From Trichoplax adhaerens (lineage: Eukaryota; Animalia; Placozoa), in contig NW_002060945.1 in NCBI RefSeq assembly GCF_000150275.1, forward strand, positions 2,503,172-2,567,171: a stretch of 64,000 bases of DNA, read 5' to 3'. The notes below the pieces were generated by a model. That model ran no database searches and was not told the DNA's origin. It saw only the letters and a list, made by a program, of their open reading frames with translations. Made by a program: the position numbers and the translations under genes. This document shows, one piece after another, positions 54,366-64,000 of the stretch. Position 1 is the stretch's first letter, and the number at the start of each line of letters is the position of its first letter.

Positions 54366-57300
54366 ATGAAGACTCTTCAATGTAGAGTTTCTATTAATCG
54401 AAGTAATGGTTACGTGAGCAATATGACGCTTTTGATATGTTCCGCAGCTACTTTAAAACGTATTATATTTGTCTTATTCTAAAATCTCTTTTCTTTAGGT
54501 TGCATGTGTAGCTTTATTTTCTACATTATCAAAAGCATCAGGTACTTCTATATCTTTAAGCATATTTATTATTTTAGGTTCATATCCACTCATTATATGC
54601 TAACTTTATGAATTATAATGTGATATACATCAAACTCTAATAATTTTGGTTTTGTAAGTAACGCCTATAACAAAAAATATCAGTAGCTGCTGTTTAATTG
54701 ATCGTTTTTACTCTATAGAACCTTGTCAAAGTTACCAGACTTTATCGGATATCGATCGTTCTGTTCTGTCAACAACTGCTGCCAATGCACTTACCTTTCG
54801 ATGCGATAAAGGGCTAAATAATGACTGGTATCGAATTTCTGGAGGGAGTCTAAGTCAAAGGATACAGAGCAGTTGTGTTACCAGCGGCAGAAAATGTTTA
54901 ACGCTGTCTGTTGGATGGATGTCGGGGAGTCATCCAAAAGGTATCTGAAAGACAATTCTTTCCTAATTTGAATTGCAATTTACCTTTTTGATCTATTTAA
55001 AACAAAATCGAATCATATCGTAATAGATTGAGTTAGTCTATACTATCTTAAAGTACATCCTTTATCATTTGAATTGCAATTTGTGTTTTTGATCTATTTA
55101 AAACAAAATCTATTTGTATTGTAATGGATTGAGCTCTTTTATACCATCTTAAAATATATCTTTCAGCATTTGAATTAGAATTTGTATTGTTGATCTATTT
55201 AAAACAAAATCTAATCAAATTGTAATGAATTGAGCTCCTTAATATCACCTTAAATTAGCCTCATTATTTCTATTTCGTTTCTCAAAGATACGTTACGTAT
55301 GAACACGTTTAGAGTTTATTTTTCAATTTTGGGGAAATAAATTCAGTTTTGCTAGAAGAAAACTGTATTATATTTAATGGAATTCTAAATCATTCTTAAT
55401 TATTGCTATTATTGCTTATTCACATTGGTTTACTTTAATTATTATTGGAATTATATTTCGTCTTTTTAACTTACGAAGATACAAATTCTAACGTTGTACA
55501 GCAGATTTATGAACCACTGATATGAACATAGAGTATAATTTTCAATCGTTATTATTTCACCCATTGCTTTAGTCTATTACAAGAGTTATTAACGAGTAAC
55601 AGAATTATGATTTAGGTTTTTAACTTACTGTTCTTCCTCGAATATGTTTGAGAAGTACTAAGCGTCTTTTATAAAGCGATTCCTGAGAGTAATTAATTAA
55701 GACACAATCGCCATCATTTTAAAGGGTATTTGTCATTCATTTAGTCTTATTTCTATACTTTTATTATTTCTTTTCGTAGATTAAACTGTATAGAAATATT
55801 TATCTATTTGACTACAGTCGTTCTACAAAGTATGAATTTCGTCTGCTAAAAGCAATTCGTTATGGCTATATCATTTTGAAAGGTTACGTTTTCAAATATT
55901 CTTCTGATATAAGAAAGATATCTTAGCCATCGCTTATCTTGTAGATTATTTTCATGCGATATAAATCATCACTTGTAGTAGCTTAGATACGCATCACATA
56001 GTCACGTAGCCATTACAAGAATACTATTTATGATTGATATTTATTCTCTCGCTTCTTCGCTATCTCTCACAAGATAGATATTTTCACAAAACCTGCAGCT
56101 TCAAATCACTAATTTGTTTATTATTCATCTTATTATTATTCATTACTGATAGTATCTGATCGGATTGTCAACAGAACTGTTTGTTTTCATTATTCCGGTC
56201 ATTGCTGCTATTTAAGGACGACAATTCAAGTTAAAAATTGCGGTACATTTTGGGTTTATCGCTTGCCTTCAACATCACATTTTCCACTTTGTGCTCGTTA
56301 CTGTTCAACCAAGATTGGTAACGTATAAAAGCTATTGGCTAACCTAGGATAGTTTTTATCAGAGATAGTATTGACATAGACTACTAAAAGTAGAAAGAAG
56401 CAGGACTGCCAACAGTTGTTGACTATAATAATAATGATGAGGCTGATTGTATTACTGGCGATTTCAACTGAATCGGATATCTGTAAAGGCACATTATACT
56501 GTCTGTGATTGATATCTAAATTAGCTGCTAGGTTGGTTTTGTGTAGTATGGTATACGGTTTCATTCGTACCGTATAGTAGAATGACCGGGAAGATGATAA
56601 GCCTTTTCATTATTTTGCGCTGACCGCCATTGGCAGTCCCGTTTTTTCCTTATTTTGTAGTCCCATTTATAGACTGTGATAATAATTTGCCACTATTAAT
56701 ATCCGGTCGAAATATGCTGTATAAGTATATTAATTATTGGTTGTAGAGCAGTCCAAAGTTAGCGTTGCGATTAAGGTCATTAGAATGATAAGACTGTACT
56801 AGAGTAGATTAAATTGTACTTTAGACTGTTAATATTTATTTATAGATAGATAAATTAATTTATGTAATAAACTGGAGTTTTATAAAGCTTGACAGTTATA
56901 GTTGTAATGTTTTGTAGAAATTTTATCACGTCGACATAGAAATTTTATATTTCAATTCACAGACTTTTGCGAGTTTGATCCTTGCGGCAATCACGGCACC
57001 TGTACACAAACTGCTCGTGGATACACATGTACTTGTGCCGCTGATTATACTGGCCAGAATTGTCAAATAGGTACTAGTCTACTTTAAACGAAGATAATAT
57101 TCTAATGTTCGCAAACTTGTTTACCGCTATAAGTTTCTGTAACGTTTATTCTATAGATAAAGTGGTTTCCAATATGTAAAATTTAACGTAAAACGAGTTC
57201 TATACCGTAATTACAGTGATGTTATTAATTACAAATGCAATACACCTTTATCCTAGTTTTAAAAGAACAGAATAAATAACCATACGAAAATAGTTACAGA

Positions 57301-60300
57301 ATGACTGAAATTTGACTTAATTTAATAACTTATTCTAGCGATTAATCCATGCCAAAGTAATCCATGTCGCAATGGATTTTGTCGAGCTCGCGGCTTGAAC
57401 TATCAATGTTTATGTAAGAAAGGATATACAGGACGTAACTGTGATCAAGGTATATGATTGTTAAAATGAACACATCTACACACCGATTTCTAGCAATAGT
57501 TTATTATGGATGCTGTTATCTTGCACTGATATACTGTTTACGAAATGATTAGATTAAAATGCAGCGATTTCATTATTTTTGAGTAGACATTGATGAATGC
57601 AACCTGAGAATTTCAAGATGTCCCGGTATTTGCATTAATACACCCGGTAGCTACCAATGCTCTTGTGAGAAAGGACGTATATTACTGCCAGATGGTCTAA
57701 CCTGCATAGGTAGCATCTGCATTGTTATCTCGAATAACTTTATTGTGGAAAATATCGGATTTTTAATCGTTCCATCTATTCTTGTACATTTTTAGATCCA
57801 TGTATGTCCTACAGAGATATTAAAGACACAACAAGAAGCATTAAATATTCAGGTTACACACTCAGCCTGTGTGATTATGAAATAATAAAACAGAATTTCA
57901 CTTGGTATCGATTTAATGGAGGTAAAAATAGTCAAATGATGCTTACCAGACAAGTTATGATGAATCAATGTGGAACCAATGCTCCTGGATGGCTAGTAAC
58001 ACCTCATCCTACAGGTAGAACTTCATATTAGGCAATTTACTCAATTTAAAATCAGTCGTAGGAAATAGACCTAGTATGCTGTTATTGATTAAATTTAATT
58101 GTACGGTAGCTCAGATTGACTAGCAATCTCCTCTTACTGAAACATGTTAACGTGCAGTAATATAAAACAGTAGCTGGGTATACTTTACACAATTCTGTAA
58201 ACTTAACCTACACATCTAATATTCGAGCTTCCTGATTGATAAATTCCTTCGCAATGTAGTCTCTTCAATACATTACACTAGAGAAAAATCTTTGGCAATT
58301 ATTTTACAGTTCATCACATAAATGGTTCATTTTTAGTACCCTTACATTACCATCATCTTTGCAATATTTAGTAAAAAAATCGATTGCACTAGCTGATATT
58401 GAGAAGCCGTTTCCCTCACGAAATAATAATAATATAGTTAATAAACACAATATAATGTTTGCATTAATCAATCTACATACTTACACTTATAATATTGATA
58501 AAATATTAAAACAAGCGATTACTCGATCTGTTTGTAGTGCGATGTTAATACTGTAGCTATACTCAAAGTTAAGATCTAAGACTTTTCAATTCTAGACAGC
58601 TTGGTAGCTATGTAAGTTCTCTATCTCTTGCTTCAAGAATTGATAATAATGTTACTATCTATATTATTTTTTTCAGTTCGTCAAGGTGTCATTAATGGTA
58701 CAGTTTGTTTCTCATTGCGTTCAAATTTTTGCCGTTGGAAGAATACTGTTCAGATCAAAAATTGTGGTAGTTATTACGTTTATCAATTACCTCCACCGCC
58801 GGGATGCCATCTTCGCTACTGTTCAGACCGATATGGTAAATAACGCTATCTTTATCTCGTCTACCTCAATTAAGCTAATTGTTCGCACTGAAATCCATTC
58901 AAATGACAGAGATAGTGATAATTAATCCTTTTACATATTCTTTTAATTTAAGCAATATGTTATGGCAATTTTTTTAATCTGTTCAGCGAAGTTAACTACT
59001 ACTATGATAGAAGTTAGATACTTAAAAAGACAGTAATTTTAGTCACTTTCGATATTCTTTTTTGCATTGCACTATTTTCAGCTCTATTTGACAATTATAA
59101 AAGATTGCATTACAAATGATATTAAACGTTTATTAATGCAATTAACCTGTGTAGCGATTTGAGCTAATTACAGTAGTTTTATGTAGGCAATACAGTGATA
59201 GTATGTAGACTACAACTTGTAATCTCTATTGTATACAGATTATTGTCAACCCAATCCCTGCTTTAATGGTAATTGTCAAACAAATTCGACTGGATTTTAC
59301 TGTCGGTGCAGAGCAGGATTTGAAGGAACTTACTGCCATCAAGGTAAAATCGTAATTCATACTTACAAAAGCATAAGAAATATCATTCAGAGTAAAATAT
59401 CTACTGTCCGGGATAAATATAATTTATTTCTTTGCACTAACTTAAATTGACTTTAAGGCAGCTAAGAAATTAAATTTCCTTGTATAGCTACAATAGCCCG
59501 ATAGTATAAATTAACTCCTATTGCTTGGTAATTTGACTACTATTTCAGAAATTAAAGAATGTGCTTCTAATCCATGCGTTAAGGGAAGCTGTATAGAGGG
59601 TTTGAATGGATATAAATGTAAATGTCTACCTGGCATAACTGGCAGTCACTGTGACGCAGGTAAAGCCAGTTACTTAGGAAATAACATAAATTAAACGATT
59701 CTGATACTTATAGGTCTTGCAAAGGTATTCCTTATTGTAAAATCACTTTTATAGCTAAATATGTCAAAAGCTGGTTAAAAGTTTTACGTTCTAAACAATA
59801 TTCTACACTTACACACTGAATACTAAGTACGGTATGCATACATCCATTTTTGCATAATCACTAAAATACGATGATTTTTCTAATCCTAAACTAGATATTA
59901 ATGAATGCTGGCGTAATAATGGTGGATGTCAAGGTACTTGCCATAATGTTCCCCACGGATATTATTGTACTTGTCCAGCTGGCCAAGATCTTGATAGTAA
60001 CAATCGTACATGTTCAGGTACTGTATACTAAATAATGTAATTAATATCAACAAGACTTGAAGATCCAACTATTTATGATATTTCTATTTTCATTTGTTTT
60101 GATACGAAATATACGGTTCCTCGGCAATATTTATTTCGGCATTGAACCCCAACAACTGGCTGTTAACACTTTGCTAACAATTGTGATAAACAGATCCATG
60201 TGCTAATGGTGGAATTAGGTTTAGGGATAGTTTGACAACTAGACCTGATTATAATAGACTTAATAGAATACAAAGATATTGTGAATCTGTATCTGGTTTA

Positions 60301-63300
60301 AGTCCTAATTCGACCAACTGGTATCAAGGTAATGTTCGTCCTAATTGTTCTGCACTTGCCAAATGGATTAATGTTACCCAAAACAGTAAGTTATTTGTCA
60401 ATAGTAGTTAACTAAGCTTTAATTAAAATATCAATGGTAGAGTTTTAGAAAAATTTATGTCGTAGATGTACTTCAGAGTTGCAAGATTGATCTAAAAATT
60501 AAGGAACAAATACAAAATGCAAGAGGAATTGTTCATGTTTTAACAAAACATTTCTTATCGCAACGTTTTCTGATTTGATTGCATATTGTAATCAAATTTA
60601 TTTCTGCTTAGGTAAGGACAATTATAAAATAGGAAGGCTATGCTTCCATTTTGGGCTTCAACACTGTTCATTTGAGGTATCGACTAGAATTAGAAGCTGC
60701 TCTAACTCTATTTCGTACAACCTCGATCGTCTATCGGCATGCTACTTAAATTATTGCAGTAAAATCGAAGGAGGTAAGAGTAACTAGAAGCTGAACAGAG
60801 CTAATTTGTATTAGTCTTTTAGAGGTATATGAATTAAGAGTTACTGCTTAAAAGAATTTATCTTATATTTCTTATACATTACAGCCAGGTAAATTTCGTA
60901 GACATTCTATTATTAAATAAAACCATTTGTCAGTAACAGTATCTTCAGTATCAACACTTGGTCATTAACTTATAAAGATGATTAAATATTATATTACTTT
61001 TAAATTAATGGAATTTAAAACCGATACCGGTATTAATACAAATCTCGAATCTTTATCTGCAAGATTGAAAGCGCTATACAATTAAATAAAATCTAATATT
61101 TCTAATTTTTGAACCATCATGTTAGACTATTCCCTTTATTATCGTAATAACGCTTAAATTTAAAATTATTAATACTTTCCTTCAATTTACTTTAGTTTTA
61201 GATCAATGTATTAATAGCCAATGCTCGCATGGGGTTTGCATTGCAAATGAAAATGGCTATACGTGTAAATGTAATGAAGGATACTCTGGTCGATACTGCC
61301 AAGAGGGTACACTAGCTTTTGCCGATAGATTTTAAAATGCTTAATTAAAAGAGAACTGGACTGATTTAAATTTAGTACATAATCCTCGATGATGCAAATA
61401 CTATTTATTTAAATGTTCTGCCACTACTTTAATAACACGCACATAACCACATATGGTTTGAAATAAAAAAATACGCAATTGTTAGTACAAGTAAAGCAGC
61501 CAAACTATTATCTCATTGATGTACTATTCAGAATAATCAGATAATATTTCTACTCTCATTTTATTAGAATCTTCAGATCGTTGCTCTAATAACAAATGTT
61601 TAAATGGACTTTGCATTGCGAGTAAAGATGGTTACACGTGCAAGTGCAAAGAAGGATATTATGGCAACTACTGTGAATTAGGTAAATCGACGATCTTTTA
61701 TAGGCTTTTAGCAACATGGAACGATCTCTGTTTGCAGTTTAGGAAAATCAAATAATTTCTATTGACATTATGACTAATCGCTGCGTATTTTAGATCACTG
61801 TTCCAAGAATCAATGTGAGAATGGACGTTGTGTTTCGGTCAATTGGGGATATAAATGCAACTGCACAGATGGATATTATGGCGGCTTTTGCCAATACGGT
61901 TTGCTGTTCATTTGTCACTAACTTTTATTATACCAAAATAAGTATACAGATATTAAACTTTAAATGAATTTAGACATTCCATTAAGAATAATGAGATTTA
62001 TCAGCTCTAAAATGCTGACAAAGTATTCAATTTACTCGTTATTTAAAGAATTTAGATTTGAGAAATAATTTTAATAACCTATCTGTCTATCTTTAATGAA
62101 GGAGTTTGCGATACTAACGAGTGTGAGAATAATGGAACATGCGAACCCGTATACGGATCTCGTTATAGATGTCGCTGTAAATCTGGATTCTATGGAGGAC
62201 ATTGCGAATATAGTTAGTTTCTCCGTAAATGCAGTATTAGATAACAAAATTTCGAAAGATAGCTTATCAAGGAATCATAATTGTAACAATAAATAATCAA
62301 TCATTTCAATACAGAGTGAACATTATAGTACATCATTCAGTTTTTATTAACAAATTGATGAAGATAATACCGGCACTGGTCTCTTGTTGACTGTAAAATT
62401 TCATGTGTATGCTTATTAATGAAGGAGTTTGCCAAGTAAACCGTTGCCTGAACAACGGGACATGCGAACCTGTAGGTGGAAATTATTATAAATGTCGCTG
62501 CAAGTCTGGATTCTTTGGAAGTCATTGTGAAAAGAGTTAGTTTCCGTATACGAATATATACAGTATATCGTATTCATTGATTCGATCTCGAAAAATTTAA
62601 CTTAATAAATCATAACAGCTATAAACCGTGACGAAACATTTTAGAGCAGAGATGTTTATTATCAAATTGCATACCAATGCATTAATCAAGCTCATACTAA
62701 TATTCCTAAGTTAACTAGCTATAATGATTTCTGTTTATATATTTTAATGAAGCAATTTGCGAAAAGAATAAATGCCAAAATAATGGAAGATGCGAACCGT
62801 TGCAGGGATCTTATTACAGATGTCGCTGCCCGGACGGATTCTATGGAAAATACTGTGATAAAAGTTAGTTCACGTACATAAATATCTAAATGGTGCGATC
62901 TTGAAAATTTAGCTACTAAACCTTAATAGCAATAAGCCAAGATCAAATATTTTAGAATAGAAAATATTATTTGTTTAATTACTAACCAATACATTAATCA
63001 AGCTCATACTAGTATTTCTAAAGTTTAGGAGTATAATGTTTTACATATATGTGTGTAGTTATGTAGACAAAAATTAATACTGGCGGTATATCAATATCGA
63101 TTTTTAACTGCCCGTAACAAATGAAGGAGTTTGCCAAGTAAATCGTTGCCAGAATAACGGGACATGCGAACCCAGACATGGAAGCTATTATAGTTGCCGC
63201 TGCCAAGATGGATTCTATGGAGGCCATTGTGAAAAAGGTTAGTTCACATACGTAAATATTGTAATGGATGATATAATCTCAAGAAATTTAACTTCTTAAA

Positions 63301-63562
63301 TTATAACAACTATAAGCTATGATCAGATATTTTTAAATGGCGACAGCTAATTATTAACAGTAAAATTAAACAGAATTAATTAACCTCGTAATGGTAATTG
63401 CTGTCTTTCTTTGCTGACAATGTTGCCTAATATTAAATAATTTGAACGCAGAAATTTGCGTACCAAATGATTGCCAAAACAAAGGAAGATGCGAGCCTTT
63501 GCAAGGAGCTTCTTACAGATGCCACTGCCAGTCTGGATTTTATGGAATCCATTGTGAAAATA
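54366..63562 (+). CDS. Secreted D8C/EGF mosaic protein (paralogue 2): 2x[D8C+EGF+EGF+cbEGF], divergent D8C, >=8 EGF; 3' end beyond window
   Basis: Signal-like exon VACVALFSTLSKAS (54499-54541; start codon uncertain, ~54366). D8C exons ~54719/56152 and ~57796/58677; divergent D8C 60194-60385/60612-60773; EGF exons at ~61197, 61570, 61794, 62102, 62425, 62752, 63127 and 63452-63562. No stop codon reached. Confidence 0.85.
54966..55254. repeat. Intronic minisatellite, ~101-bp unit x ~2.9
   Basis: atttgaatt..aattt...ttgatctatttaaaacaaaatc...gtaat..attgag...cttaaa starts at 54966, 55067 and 55168. Confidence 0.85.
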
Positions 63563-64000
63563 GTTAGTTTACGTAAATGTACAATAAACAATAATGTGAT
63601 ATAATCTCGAATTATCAAGTGAAAAATTAATTCTATAGCGATTTAGATTCAATTTACGATATATCTAAAGCATAGCTTTTGCCTCATATTGTGCCGATAT
63701 TTGGGTTGGACACATAGTGCACAGTAATTGATCTGAAAAGTATACACGTATTGTCTGTTTTCATCTCAAATATCATATAATTTGTAACAAATCAAAATGC
63801 AAGGGTTGAAAAGAAATCTTTGTTACTTATTGACTAAATTGATGAATAAATAATATACATATCATTATCGATATATGATTTATTATACTATCGCTACCAG
63901 CTTAAATTCAACTTTTATTAGAAAAATAGCAGATTATATGACAAATATAGTACCTTGATGAGTTAGTAAACGGTTGCTATAGGCATTTATCGAATATTTT

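Noticed and set aside
43627-63618. Antisense and alternate-frame ORFs over EGF/D8C exons (e.g. 43627-43857, 47882-48127, 50834-51082, 62337-62525, 63018-63227)
   Set aside because: Shadows of the real Cys-rich plus-strand exons.

Overview
AT-rich eukaryotic genomic DNA with many short GT-AG introns. The style and gene content fit an early-branching animal, most likely a placozoan such as Trichoplax (inference, not proven). Six spliced protein-coding genes can be assembled by hand: (1) a 5'-truncated adhesion GPCR (GAIN/GPS + 7TM, + strand); (2) an anoctamin/TMEM16 (- strand); (3) an AAAP/SLC32-36-38-type amino-acid transporter (+ strand), divergent from the anoctamin across a (CAGTA)n-rich promoter that carries a duplicated M-box/NRF1-like motif; (4) a CaRF (calcium-responsive transcription factor) homologue (- strand); (5, 6) two tandem paralogues of a secreted mosaic protein built from [uromodulin-type D8C/D10C - EGF - EGF - cbEGF] modules. 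The first ends in a fibrinogen-related domain; the second has an expanding EGF exon array and runs off the window. The gene-poor stretches hold two solo LTRs of one family, each with a 5-bp target-site duplication (one full-length, one lacking U3), a second dispersed repeat, hairpins, tandem repeats, and heavily decayed coding relics resembling cadherin, ABC-ATPase and LRR-GPCR genes. All gene models are manual, and some exon boundaries are uncertain.
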